A DNA stretch of 64,000 nucleotides from Patescibacteria group bacterium. GTDB lineage: Bacteria > Patescibacteriota > Minisyncoccia > Phycocordibacterales > CAIZLB01. This document shows, piece by piece, positions 17,281 to 27,753 of this stretch; position 1 is the stretch's first letter, and each line of letters begins with the position of its first letter. A program made the position numbers and the translations under genes. The notes below the pieces were generated by a model. It made no database searches. It was not told the DNA's origin and was given only the letters and a program-made list of their open reading frames with translations. The stretch covers positions 15,074 through 79,073 of the forward strand of contig JAZKFG010000002.1 in assembly GCA_040386515.1 (NCBI GenBank), read 5' to 3'.

Positions 17281-17316
17281 GAAAAAGTCCGCAGGCGAAA
17301 GCTTGTGGATTTTTTC
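17281..17316 (+). terminator. intrinsic terminator after rplK
   Basis: gaaaaagtccgcaggc-gaaa-gcttgtggattttttc. Confidence 0.7.
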
Positions 17317-17337
17317 TATATACTATATATTTCATAT

Positions 17338-19062
17338 ATGATTTCAGTCTCTACACACATACAGAATGCATGCCTAGACTTTGCTACATCTCTCGGAAGA
17401 ACAGATATAGATTCTAGTATGTTTGTGGTTGATGTTACTAAAGATATGAGCAAAGGGGATTTGTATACCAACTTTGCCTTAGCGGCAGCAGGGAAAATGG
17501 AAAAGAATCCAATGTCTATTGCTGTTGATCTTGGAGTATATCTTGACACTCATCTTGACAAAACACTGGTTGAAAAAGTTGAGGTTGTTGGGGGATATGT
17601 AAACTTTTGGATTGTAGTATCTGACTCATTGGAAATTCCAGAGAAAATAAGCCATCCGTCATTTGCAGGAAAAAAAGTAGCCTATGAATATACAGATCCG
17701 AATCCGATGAAGGAATTTCATATTGGACATTTGATGGCAAACACTATTGGTGAATCAATGTCACGTCTCGGTGAACTTGCTGGAGCAGAGGTAAAACGAT
17801 ATTCATATCAGGGAGATGTTGGACGACATATTGCAGTAACACTTTGGGGAGTACGATTTCTGGATGCAAACTGGCCAGAGGAGTCTGTATCAATAACTGA
17901 TAAAGTTAAATTCTTAGGAAGTGCTTATGTAGCTGGAAATGCAAAACTTGCCGAACTCAAAAGTACAGGGGAGGAGAATGAAGAATATCTTAAGGCTGTA
18001 AAGGAAATTGAAGTTATGAATCAAAAAGTGTATGACAGGACTGATGAAGAGGTTAATGTAATGTATGATCAAGGAAGAGAATGGAGTCTTGAAAAGTTTG
18101 AAGAATTATATGATATCCTCGGAACAAAGTTTGATTACTATTTCTTTGAAAGTATTACAGGTCCAATTGGCCGAGATTTGGTTCTTCAGAATATAAAGCA
18201 TTTTGCTCGAGGAGAAAATAATGCAGTTATTTTTGAGGGTGAAAAATTTGATATGCATACTCGAGTTTTTATAAACTCAAAAGGTCTGCCAACATATGAA
18301 GCAAAAGAAATTGGATTAGCGAAAGTTAAATATGACGTTTGGGCGTATGATAAAAGTTTTGTTATTACTGCCAATGAACAGAAACAGGCACTTGATGTAA
18401 CTCTTACAGCTATAAAACTTGTCCTCCCTGAAATCGGAAACAAAAACGAATATATTTTTAATGGAATGATGAAATTTGCCAATATGAAAATGAGTTCTCG
18501 AACTGGAAAGATTATTGCAGGAGATGAGCTTGTATATTCAATGATGGATGCGTCACTTGAGAAAATGAAGGATAGGGAGATGAGTGAAGGGGAGAAGAAA
18601 ACTATTGCGCGGGATGTTGCAGTGGCAGCGATAAAGTTTACGATATTAAAACAAAACTTTAGAAAAGATATTATTTTTGATCAGGAAAAGTCTTTGGCTC
18701 TAGAAGGGGATAGCGGTCCTTATATACAATACACAGCTGTGCGAATTCAATCAGTACTTAAGAAGGTGAAAGATGAAACTACAACTATTGGTACTGGAGA
18801 ATTATCAAAAGAAGCATTGTTATTAAAACGAACATTGTATCGATTTGAACATGTATGTTTGGCTGCTATAGATGAATCTGCTCCGCAACATATTGCACAA
18901 TATCTTATTGATCTTGCTTCGAAGTTTAATGGATTTTATACGAATAATAAAATTATTACAGAGAGTGTAGATAGTAGATTGGTTGGATTGTGTGAACATA
19001 CTCTAAAAGTGCTTGAAAAGGGGCTTTGGACATTGGGCATTCGAACGGTGGAGAAGATGTAG
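17338..19062 (+). CDS. argS: arginine--tRNA ligase
   Basis: 'PNPMKEFHIGH', 'KMSSRTG', 'GDSGPYIQY', anticodon domain 'FNGFY'. Confidence 0.95.
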   Translation: MISVSTHIQNACLDFATSLGRTDIDSSMFVVDVTKDMSKGDLYTNFALAAAGKMEKNPMSIAVDLGVYLDTHLDKTLVEKVEVVGGYVNFWIVVSDSLEIPEKISHPSFAGKKVAYEYTDPNPMKEFHIGHLMANTIGESMSRLGELAGAEVKRYSYQGDVGRHIAVTLWGVRFLDANWPEESVSITDKVKFLGSAYVAGNAKLAELKSTGEENEEYLKAVKEIEVMNQKVYDRTDEEVNVMYDQGREWSLEKFEELYDILGTKFDYYFFESITGPIGRDLVLQNIKHFARGENNAVIFEGEKFDMHTRVFINSKGLPTYEAKEIGLAKVKYDVWAYDKSFVITANEQKQALDVTLTAIKLVLPEIGNKNEYIFNGMMKFANMKMSSRTGKIIAGDELVYSMMDASLEKMKDREMSEGEKKTIARDVAVAAIKFTILKQNFRKDIIFDQEKSLALEGDSGPYIQYTAVRIQSVLKKVKDETTTIGTGELSKEALLLKRTLYRFEHVCLAAIDESAPQHIAQYLIDLASKFNGFYTNNKIITESVDSRLVGLCEHTLKVLEKGLWTLGIRTVEKM

Positions 19063-19084
19063 GGAATCATGTATACTAGCCCTT

Positions 19085-22000
19085 ATGAAGACTCCAAATG
19101 AGCGAGAATTAGCAATACTGAAATTCTGGCAGGACAATAACATTTTCCAAAAAAGCCTAGACAAAAACCCATCAAAAGAACAGGGGGGTAAGTCTTTTCG
19201 ATATTATGACGGTCCGCCATATGCGACTGGGTTGCCTCATATGGGAAACTTGCTGCCAACTGCAGTTAAAGATGCGTTTCCAAGATACAAGACAATGCAA
19301 GGATTTAACGTTCCACGAACATGGGGATGGGACTGTCATGGTTTGCCAATTGAAAGTCTAGTAGAAAAGAAACTAGGTTTTAAAGGGAAAAAAGATATTG
19401 AAGAATATGGAGTAGATAAGTTTAACGAAACTGCTCGAGCCAGTGTATTTGAATTTCGAGAAAATTGGAAAACAATTATTCCGCGTCTTGGACGATGGGT
19501 TGATATGGATCATGATTACAGAACTCTGGATGCAACATTTATGGAGTCAGGTCTTTGGGCATTCAAGCAGCTTTGGGATAAAAATCTTGTATACGAGGGA
19601 TATAAAGTAATGCCATGGTGTCCGCATTGTGGAACTGTGTTATCTAACTACGAAGTAACAGAAGGGTATAAAGAAATTACTGATTTATCTGCCTATGCTC
19701 GATTTCCATTAACAACTGAACCGACAACTAGTTTTGTTGCATGGACAACAACGCCATGGACTCTTCCAGGTAATGTTGTTCTTGCAGTCGGAAATGATAT
19801 TGCATATGTATATGTAAAAATAGAACCAACAAATGAGACGATAATCGTTTCAAAAACTTCACTTGATAAAGTAAAGCTCCTTGGAGGTGATGCGAACACA
19901 TATACTATTGTGAAAGAGGTTACAGGTAAAGATCTTGTTGGTCTTACATATACTCCTCCTTTTAATTACTATACAACTGATGCAACATTGGAAAATGAGC
20001 AAAATGCATGGAAAGTATATGTTGGTGATTTCGTAACGGATACAGATGGAACAGGAATTGTTCATATTGCTCCAGCCTTTGGTGCTGATGATATGAAGCT
20101 TGCACAGGCAAACAATTTGCCAGTTATTAAGCATGTATTACCAAACGGAAACTTTGCGCCTGAAGTAAAGGATTTTTCAGGACAAGCAAAACCTATTGAA
20201 GATCATCAAAAGTCTGATATTGAGGTTATAAAATATTTAGCGCATGCAGGAAAACTTTTTGCCAAAGAAAAATATACGCACACATATCCTCATTGTTGGC
20301 GATGTAAAACTCCGCTTCTAAACTATGCAACAACAAGTTGGTTTATTAAAACAACTTCGCTTAAGGATAGAATGATTGAAGAAAATAAAAAAATTAATTG
20401 GTATCCAGAAGAAATCGGAACTAAGCGACTTAATATGTGGTTGGAAAATGTTCGTGACTGGGCAGTGTCAAGAAGTCGATTCTGGGGTACACCTCTTCCA
20501 ATCTGGAAAGGTGAAAAGACTGGCAAAACAGTATGTGTAGGAAGTCTTGAAGAAATACGTTCATACACAAGACGAAATACATATATGGCAATGCGCCATG
20601 GTCAGGCAACGCATCTTGTAGAACGAGTAATGAGTTCTCATCAGGAGTTTGCAGAAAAACATGGTATTACAGATCTTGGAAAATCACAGATACTTGAAAG
20701 TGTTGAATTAATGATTGCTGAAAATACATTGCCAACAGTTATTTACCATTCACCGCTTCGTCGCACACGCGAAACTGCCGAGATTGTACGTGACGCAATA
20801 GAGGAAAAAACAGGAAAGAAAATTCCTCTTGTTTCTGATGCTCGAATGCGCGAAGAAGATTTCGGAGATCTTGATGGTCATGGATGCGAAGAGCATGATT
20901 CGTATAGAACAACGCCTGAGGAATATATCAATAAGAGATTTCCTAACGGTGAGTCATATGCTGACATGAGAATGCGAATGGGGGATTTTCTCTATGCAGT
21001 CGATGCAGAAAGAAAAGATGAGAGAATTCTATTGGTAACGCATGAGGGGTGTGTTTATGGGGCAGAGGATATTGCATCAGGAATGTCGCTCGAAAATATT
21101 ATTGCTACGCATGCACATATTGTTCAAATGCATCCAGGACAATACCGAACGCTCAACTTTGCTGCTATTCCACATAACGCAACATATGAAGCAGATTTCC
21201 ACAGACCATATGTTGATGAAGTGGTGTTTGATATTGATGGTGAAAAATATACTCGTTTACCTGAAGTGTTAGATGTTTGGTATGATGCTGGTTCAATGCC
21301 ATTTGCATCTGTTCATTATCCTTTTAACAAAGAGGTTGATATATCTAAAACAATTACAGCAGATATGGTTGCTGAAGGACTCGATCAAACACGAGGCTGG
21401 TTCTATCATATGCTTATCATGTCAGTGGCATTGTTTGATAAAAAGCCATTTGATAATGTTATGGTGAACGGACTCCTTCTCGCAGAGGATGGAAGAAAAA
21501 TGAGTAAAAGTCTAAATAACTTTCCTGAATTAATGCCTATTGTAGAGAAGTATGGGGCAGATACTGTAAGATATTTCTTGCTCTCTTCTCCAATCGTTCA
21601 TGCTGACGAAGTAGCCTTTTCAGAAAAAGCCCTCACAGAAATCCAGAACAAGCTATTTAACAAGCTGACAAATGTTATGTCATTCTTGGATATGTATGGT
21701 ATCAAAGATAAAGGTCTTGATCGTATGCATACAACTGAACATATTCTTGATGCATGGATTCAGGTTGAGCTTGATGCGCTTATAAAGGATATGACAGAGA
21801 GTTTGGATGGATATCAAATTGATAAAGCCCTTCGACCACTGCTACAGTTTGTTGAAAATCTTTCAACATGGTATCTTCGTCGATCTCGAGATCGTTTCAA
21901 GGATGAAGAAGATGGCCTTATTGTTACAAATAAATTGATCACAGTACTCGGAACGCTTTCAAAGCTTATGGCTCCTGCAACACCGTTTATGGCTGAGGAA

Positions 22001-22579
22001 ATATATCAGTTTGTAAAAAACTTTGACTCTCAGTTTACTCATAGAAAATATAAGGAAAGTGTTCATCTTGAATCTTGGCCAGTAGTGTCAAGTACTCTGT
22101 CAAATCCTGAGAAAGAAGAAATTGTTACAAAAATGCAAAAGACTCGAGAAGTGGTAGAGCAGGTGTTAGGAATTCGAAATAAAAATAATATTAAAGTTCG
22201 ACAGCCACTTGGTTCTCTTACTCTTCCAATTGCTACATTCAGTAATGTGCATATTCACATTTTGCAGGATGAGTTAAACATTAAGCGAATTGGTTCAAGC
22301 TTAGAAGGGGAAATTGTTCTTGATACAACAGTAACTGAAGACTTGCGAATTGAAGGACTGGCTCGAGACATTATTCGAGAAATTCAATCAAAGCGAAAAG
22401 ATCTTAATCTAATGCCAACAGATAAGGTTTCAGTTGTATTAGAGATTGAAGATGGACTAAAAGGGGACTATGAGGCAGTACTTGCTGAACACAAGAAGAC
22501 TGTTACAGATGCTGTAAATGCAGCAACATGTGAAATCGTTTCTGCACCAACATTCTCTATTGTGGTAGCAAAGATATAA
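19085..22579 (+). CDS. ileS: isoleucine--tRNA ligase (type 2) with inserted histidine-phosphatase domain
   Basis: 'DGPPYATGLPHMGN', 'GWDCHGLPIE', 'WTTTPWTLP', 'GTGIVHIAP', 'DQTRGWFY', 'KMSKS'; insert with RHG. Confidence 0.95.
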   Translation: MKTPNERELAILKFWQDNNIFQKSLDKNPSKEQGGKSFRYYDGPPYATGLPHMGNLLPTAVKDAFPRYKTMQGFNVPRTWGWDCHGLPIESLVEKKLGFKGKKDIEEYGVDKFNETARASVFEFRENWKTIIPRLGRWVDMDHDYRTLDATFMESGLWAFKQLWDKNLVYEGYKVMPWCPHCGTVLSNYEVTEGYKEITDLSAYARFPLTTEPTTSFVAWTTTPWTLPGNVVLAVGNDIAYVYVKIEPTNETIIVSKTSLDKVKLLGGDANTYTIVKEVTGKDLVGLTYTPPFNYYTTDATLENEQNAWKVYVGDFVTDTDGTGIVHIAPAFGADDMKLAQANNLPVIKHVLPNGNFAPEVKDFSGQAKPIEDHQKSDIEVIKYLAHAGKLFAKEKYTHTYPHCWRCKTPLLNYATTSWFIKTTSLKDRMIEENKKINWYPEEIGTKRLNMWLENVRDWAVSRSRFWGTPLPIWKGEKTGKTVCVGSLEEIRSYTRRNTYMAMRHGQATHLVERVMSSHQEFAEKHGITDLGKSQILESVELMIAENTLPTVIYHSPLRRTRETAEIVRDAIEEKTGKKIPLVSDARMREEDFGDLDGHGCEEHDSYRTTPEEYINKRFPNGESYADMRMRMGDFLYAVDAERKDERILLVTHEGCVYGAEDIASGMSLENIIATHAHIVQMHPGQYRTLNFAAIPHNATYEADFHRPYVDEVVFDIDGEKYTRLPEVLDVWYDAGSMPFASVHYPFNKEVDISKTITADMVAEGLDQTRGWFYHMLIMSVALFDKKPFDNVMVNGLLLAEDGRKMSKSLNNFPELMPIVEKYGADTVRYFLLSSPIVHADEVAFSEKALTEIQNKLFNKLTNVMSFLDMYGIKDKGLDRMHTTEHILDAWIQVELDALIKDMTESLDGYQIDKALRPLLQFVENLSTWYLRRSRDRFKDEEDGLIVTNKLITVLGTLSKLMAPATPFMAEEIYQFVKNFDSQFTHRKYKESVHLESWPVVSSTLSNPEKEEIVTKMQKTREVVEQVLGIRNKNNIKVRQPLGSLTLPIATFSNVHIHILQDELNIKRIGSSLEGEIVLDTTVTEDLRIEGLARDIIREIQSKRKDLNLMPTDKVSVVLEIEDGLKGDYEAVLAEHKKTVTDAVNAATCEIVSAPTFSIVVAKI

Positions 22580-22597
22580 TTTTATACTTAGGACTAT

Positions 22598-23164
22598 ATG
22601 GCATATTCTATTTATCAAACAGATGCCATTATTCTCGGTATTCGCGATATACAAGAGCACGATCTCATGATTCGTGCTTTTTCGCCGTTGTTTGGATATA
22701 TTCGTATTATTTCAAAAGGAGGAAGAAAGGGAACATCAAAGCTTCGGGCAAATATTCAGGATTTCTCACTTGTGCATATTGCTGCAGTTAAGGGCAAAGA
22801 ATTTTTTATTCTTACAGACATTAAATGCATTTTTTCATTTATACAATCGCGATCAGTGGTTAACTTCCTAAAGGGAGCTGAGGCATTATTCTTCGATGAT
22901 GACGATGATCATGGGACACGTATTAACACTGATATATACGGTATGCTTATTCGAATGTGTAAACATATTATTTGGCTTGTGTCAGAGAAAAAAGATACAG
23001 GTGAGGCAATTAGATTCTTTACAATATACGTAAAAGGACTACAAGGATTTACAGGAAAAATGAATATTGATGGAGTTTTGGAATATTCTGATTCTGAACT
23101 TCATTTTTGGATTGAAGAACATGCACAATTGATTCAAGAATTGGAATCTAAACTAGCACTATAG
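22598..23164 (+). CDS. recO: RecO-like DNA repair protein (N-terminal OB fold, short)
   Basis: 'TDAIILG.RD..EHD....FS..FG.I...SKGGRK..SKL'. Confidence 0.65.
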   Translation: MAYSIYQTDAIILGIRDIQEHDLMIRAFSPLFGYIRIISKGGRKGTSKLRANIQDFSLVHIAAVKGKEFFILTDIKCIFSFIQSRSVVNFLKGAEALFFDDDDDHGTRINTDIYGMLIRMCKHIIWLVSEKKDTGEAIRFFTIYVKGLQGFTGKMNIDGVLEYSDSELHFWIEEHAQLIQELESKLAL

Positions 23165-23193
23165 GCTTATTTTCATGTACAATATATGTACAT

Positions 23194-25710
23194 ATGAACC
23201 CTAACGATTATAAAGGTAAGAAGAATGCAAATGCGAATGAAGAAGCTGCTCGTATTGAAGAGCTAAAGAAAAAGTTGTATTCAAATTCATCTCGAGAAAG
23301 CAATGTTCGAGAGCGAGGACTTCGACAGCATCATATTGATATTGGTAAAAGTTGGGATGAAACAGATAAAAAACAAGCGCATAATGCTGCCCTCAAGGCC
23401 AAGGAAAAAGAAGATGCAAGACTTGGTTTAAGTAATGAAAATATAACTCACAGAAACTCAACACTCTATGGGCATTTTAGCCCTGTAGAAAATGCGACAC
23501 AGCATAAACAGCAAGTTAAAACATCTATTGACAACAGTGCTGACCAGGAAGAGGGTGAGGACATGCTTACTACTATATTTGGTGGACCCTCAGGACAAGC
23601 TGCGCGTAAGCGAGCTGAGCAGGTACAAAAAAGACTGGCCGCTAAGGACGTGACGATGAAGTATGCCTCTGCACAAATTCAGGGGAATATTTACCCTGAT
23701 TTTCAAAAGCAAAAAGCTGAAAGAGATGCTGCCAATGCTGCCGCGGCCGCTGAGGCTGCAAAGAATGCTCCTGTGCATGAGCCTATTACTACAGAGCGAT
23801 ATCATCCAGACTTTAGCGTGCTCACTGTTGGAAATACGAATCTTGATAAAATGACTCGGGAAGTGCACCATACAGCACCAGTAGAAAAAACTCCTGAAGA
23901 AGAATCTGCAGCAATGCCATCAGGACAAAAACATGAGCCAATTTTCACTGAAGAAAGAAAAAGAGTAAGTTTTGGAGTTGTATTCTTTATGCTCATTCTC
24001 GGCTTTTTCCTAAGTGCGCTTGGATATGCATATTACACATTAACGCACGGTACTAATATTATTTCTCCTGATAAAGTGGCAATCACAGTACAAGGTCCTG
24101 TTTCAGTTCGGTCAGGTGAGGTGAATGATTTTTCTATAGACATTACAAACAATAATCCAACCGACTTAACCCTTTCAGATCTTGTCATTCAATATCCTGC
24201 AGGAACAATGTCCGCCATAGAACCTGCTCAGTCACATACATATGAGCGAATGGAGGTTGGAACAATCAAGTCAGGGGAAACCGTGCATAGAAAAGCCAGT
24301 GCTATTTTCTTTGGTGAAGAGAATGTAAAGAAAAATATTAATTACGCAGTTGAATTTAGTATTCCTGATTCAACAAGTATTTTCAATGTAACAAAAGATG
24401 TAGGAGTTATTATTGCAGGTTCTCCAATCACGGCAAAGATTACCAATGTGAAAGAGGTGACAAATAATCAGGAGCTTTCATTTGATATTGAAATTCAATC
24501 TAATACGCAGGAAGTTGTAAAAAATATTCAGCTCCAAGTTGAATACCCATTTGGATACAAGCTTGAACAGGCAAACCTTAAGCCAGTTTTTGATAATAAT
24601 ACATGGAATATTGGAGACCTTGCTGCGCTCGACAGTAAAGTTATTCAACTCAAAGGTAAGCTTATTGGAACAAGCAATCTTGAGAAAAACTTTAGATTTG
24701 TGCTTGGTGTATACGATCCAAAGACAGGGGATATGTCTACCGTGCTTTCAACACAAGATCAAAAAGTGGTTATTGCAAAGCCTTTCGTTTCTACAAAGCT
24801 CTCACTTGATGGTCAGGTGCAAGAATATCGTCCGGTACAATATGATGATTCACTTCAGGGCGATATTGTGTTTACAAACAATCTCGATGTTCCTTTGACA
24901 AATGTAGTGGTTGAAATGAGTGTCGGCGGCGTACTTATAGACAGAAGAAGTATTGAAGCAGATAAAGGATTTTATCAATCAAGCAATGATCTTGTATTCT
25001 GGGATAAGGCTCAAAATGATACACTTGCAGAAGTGGCTCCTGGTCAATCAAGAGAACTTGGATTCAATCTTAAAATCATTTCTGCACGAGATAATCTTAT
25101 AAAATCATTACGAAGGGCAGGATCAAATCTTGTCGTTACAGTTAAAGCAAAAAGACTTAATCAAAACAGAGTACCTGAAGAAGTAACTTCTGTTATAAAT
25201 CAAGAGATTCGATTAACAACGAATCCTACATTTGAATCCGGCATTGGATTTTCAAGTGGTCCATTTACTAACAGTGGAAGTTATCCTCCTAAAGTAAATT
25301 CAGAAACAACATATACATACACTGGACGTATTTCAAATACTGCCAACTCTTTGAAGCAGACAATATTTACCGCAAAGCTTCCTCCAAATGGAACTTGGAA
25401 AAACGTATACTCAAAAGATATTCCATCTGACGCAATTTCATATAGTCAGAGTAAAAGAGAGATTACTATTGATCTCGGGGAAATTCCATCAGGTGCTGGT
25501 ATTGATGTGCCTGCTAAAGAATTTTCATTCCAGGTTGGATTTACTCCTACACTAACAGAAGTAGGCAAAGCACCAGTTTTGATTATTGCGCCCCATATTA
25601 GTGGTGTCGATTCATTTACAGGAGAGAGACTTGACAGAGGTCTTGACGGGTTAAATATACTGCCTACGCTTGATAGTGAGAGCTTGGGGGATGGTAGAGT
25701 TGTTGAGTAA
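23194..25710 (+). CDS. large bitopic protein: disordered cytoplasmic N-terminus, TM, tandem Ig-like domains
   Basis: TM near aa 260-282; repeated beta-sandwich-like segments ('WNIGDL', 'LVFWDK'). Confidence 0.65.
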   Translation: MNPNDYKGKKNANANEEAARIEELKKKLYSNSSRESNVRERGLRQHHIDIGKSWDETDKKQAHNAALKAKEKEDARLGLSNENITHRNSTLYGHFSPVENATQHKQQVKTSIDNSADQEEGEDMLTTIFGGPSGQAARKRAEQVQKRLAAKDVTMKYASAQIQGNIYPDFQKQKAERDAANAAAAAEAAKNAPVHEPITTERYHPDFSVLTVGNTNLDKMTREVHHTAPVEKTPEEESAAMPSGQKHEPIFTEERKRVSFGVVFFMLILGFFLSALGYAYYTLTHGTNIISPDKVAITVQGPVSVRSGEVNDFSIDITNNNPTDLTLSDLVIQYPAGTMSAIEPAQSHTYERMEVGTIKSGETVHRKASAIFFGEENVKKNINYAVEFSIPDSTSIFNVTKDVGVIIAGSPITAKITNVKEVTNNQELSFDIEIQSNTQEVVKNIQLQVEYPFGYKLEQANLKPVFDNNTWNIGDLAALDSKVIQLKGKLIGTSNLEKNFRFVLGVYDPKTGDMSTVLSTQDQKVVIAKPFVSTKLSLDGQVQEYRPVQYDDSLQGDIVFTNNLDVPLTNVVVEMSVGGVLIDRRSIEADKGFYQSSNDLVFWDKAQNDTLAEVAPGQSRELGFNLKIISARDNLIKSLRRAGSNLVVTVKAKRLNQNRVPEEVTSVINQEIRLTTNPTFESGIGFSSGPFTNSGSYPPKVNSETTYTYTGRISNTANSLKQTIFTAKLPPNGTWKNVYSKDIPSDAISYSQSKREITIDLGEIPSGAGIDVPAKEFSFQVGFTPTLTEVGKAPVLIIAPHISGVDSFTGERLDRGLDGLNILPTLDSESLGDGRVVE

Positions 25711-25766
25711 AAATAAATTTCCTGTATAGTACGGTTAGGAAACATTAACCTAAACGAAAGGACTTT

Positions 25767-26246
25767 ATGAAAAGAAAATTGATTCCATGGATAACCATTC
25801 AAGACGGGCAAGTCAACGTTGAAGAGTTGCGTGCCAAATTACAATTCGATCTGTATGCCCGTGGTATGTTCAATGATATTGAATTCAAGCCACTGTCCGA
25901 AGCCAATGTGGATTTTGTTAGGCTTTCCCCAGAAGATCTGGGATTTAGCACTGACCCTACGACGGAAGAATTTATTAACGAAGCATTTATTGCAGAATGG
26001 AGTGCACAGAACTTGAATGGTCAAGTGCTTAAATTCTGTCAGCCTAGGCATGCCCCAATGCTTCGTGCCGAAAATAAGGACCAGATTCAATTCTCTGTCG
26101 TTGCCACGCATATGCTGCTTAATGAGTGGGGTAAAGACAGTTTGTTTGTAATCGAGCGGACTGTATTAACCTCGCAAGGTGTCATTCCTCGCATGAAGTG
26201 GGGCACTAAGACTCTTGCAATCTTCGTGCTCGAATCAGTGACATAA
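25767..26246 (+). CDS. hypothetical protein (ORFan)
   Basis: AAAGGA SD-like site upstream, own terminator. Confidence 0.55.
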   Translation: MKRKLIPWITIQDGQVNVEELRAKLQFDLYARGMFNDIEFKPLSEANVDFVRLSPEDLGFSTDPTTEEFINEAFIAEWSAQNLNGQVLKFCQPRHAPMLRAENKDQIQFSVVATHMLLNEWGKDSLFVIERTVLTSQGVIPRMKWGTKTLAIFVLESVT

Positions 26247-26283
26247 TTTCAAAATGGTAAGGCAAGAACCTGTGACTCTTCCG

Positions 26284-26316
26284 GACCCTCGACGCTATTT
26301 AGCGTCGGGGTTTTCT
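26284..26316 (+). terminator. intrinsic terminator
   Basis: gaccctcgacgct-attt-agcgtcggggtt plus T-run. Confidence 0.6.
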
Positions 26317-26336
26317 TATGCTATAGTGTCAGTATT

Positions 26337-27749
26337 ATGACTACAGATAACAATGCCGGAAAGGTAAGTATGGAAGATATTATTTCGCTATGTAAAAGAC
26401 GAGGGTTTATTTACCAAGGGTCTGAGATTTATGGTGGTTTGGCAGGGACATGGGATTACGGTCCGTTGGGAGTAATGCTTAAAAATTCTATCAAAGGATT
26501 GTGGTGGAAGCGTTTTGTTGATGACAGGCTTGATATGTACGGAGTTGATGCAGCTCTCCTTATGAATCCAAAGGTTTGGGTTTCTTCAGGACATGTAGGT
26601 GGATTTGCTGATCCGTTGGTTGAAGATTTAAAAACAAAGAAAAGATACAGAGCTGATCATTTGCTTGAAGAAGCTGGTTTAAATCCAGCAGGAAAATCTC
26701 CTGCAGAGATGACAGAAATGATGAAAGATAATGGAGTTAAAAGTCCTGATGGAAATGCACTTGGAGAAGTTCGACAGTTTAACATGATGTTTAAAACAAA
26801 CATCGGTGCTATTGAGTCTGATGAAAATATTTCTTACTTACGACCAGAAACTGCACAAGGTATGTTTGTTAACTTTAAAAATATTCTAGATACATTTCAT
26901 CCAAAGCTTCCATTCGGTATGGCACAGATTGGTAAAGCGTTTAGAAATGAAATTGCTCCTCGAGATTTTGTGTTTCGAGTTCGAGAATTTGAGCAAATGG
27001 AAATTGAGTATTTTGTAAATCCAAATCTTGATGCGTCTCATGAAGCAAGTTGGCAAAAAGTGTTTGAATCATTTAGAAAAGAAGTGTGGAATTTTATAAA
27101 AGAAATTGGTCTTGAAGAATCAAAGCTACATGAGCTTGAAATAGGGGACGGTGATAGGGCTCATTATTCTGCTCGAACAATTGATTTTGAGTATGATTTT
27201 CCATTTGGAAAAAAAGAGCTATACGGTTTGGCATACAGAACTGACTTTGATCTTAAGGCACATACTGAAGGATCTAAAGTTGATTTGTCATATTTTGATG
27301 AAGAAGCTAAGGCTAGATTCATACCTCATTGTATAGAACCATCTTTTGGATTGGATAGAACTGTTCTTGCAGTATTGGCTACTGCATACAGTACAGATAG
27401 TTTAGGTGGAGAAGAGCGGGTATATTTAAAACTTTCTCCTGAAGTTGCACCGTACAGAATTGCTGTATTTCCGCTTTTGAAAAATAAAGAAGAGCTTACT
27501 GATAAGGCAAAAGAAGTTTGGAAAATTCTCCGAGATGCTGCAACTGCAAAAGGGTTGTCTGCAGCTAAGATTTGTTACGACGAAGCGGGAAGTATTGGAA
27601 AGCGATACCGACGACAGGATGAGATTGGAACACCTATGTGTGTGACTGTGGATTTTGATTCTCTTGAAAAGGGAACAGTGACTGTGAGAGATAGAGATAC
27701 TGGGGAGCAGAAGGTTATGGGTATTGATGAGTTGAGTAAATTGCTGTAA
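26337..27749 (+). CDS. glyQS: glycine--tRNA ligase, alpha2 (eukaryote/archaea-like) type
   Basis: 'LCKRRGF', 'WDYGPLG', 'LRPETAQG', 'FRNEI', 'IEPSFG', 'IGKRYRRQDEIGTP'. Confidence 0.95.
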   Translation: MTTDNNAGKVSMEDIISLCKRRGFIYQGSEIYGGLAGTWDYGPLGVMLKNSIKGLWWKRFVDDRLDMYGVDAALLMNPKVWVSSGHVGGFADPLVEDLKTKKRYRADHLLEEAGLNPAGKSPAEMTEMMKDNGVKSPDGNALGEVRQFNMMFKTNIGAIESDENISYLRPETAQGMFVNFKNILDTFHPKLPFGMAQIGKAFRNEIAPRDFVFRVREFEQMEIEYFVNPNLDASHEASWQKVFESFRKEVWNFIKEIGLEESKLHELEIGDGDRAHYSARTIDFEYDFPFGKKELYGLAYRTDFDLKAHTEGSKVDLSYFDEEAKARFIPHCIEPSFGLDRTVLAVLATAYSTDSLGGEERVYLKLSPEVAPYRIAVFPLLKNKEELTDKAKEVWKILRDAATAKGLSAAKICYDEAGSIGKRYRRQDEIGTPMCVTVDFDSLEKGTVTVRDRDTGEQKVMGIDELSKLL

Positions 27750-27753
27750 GAAT

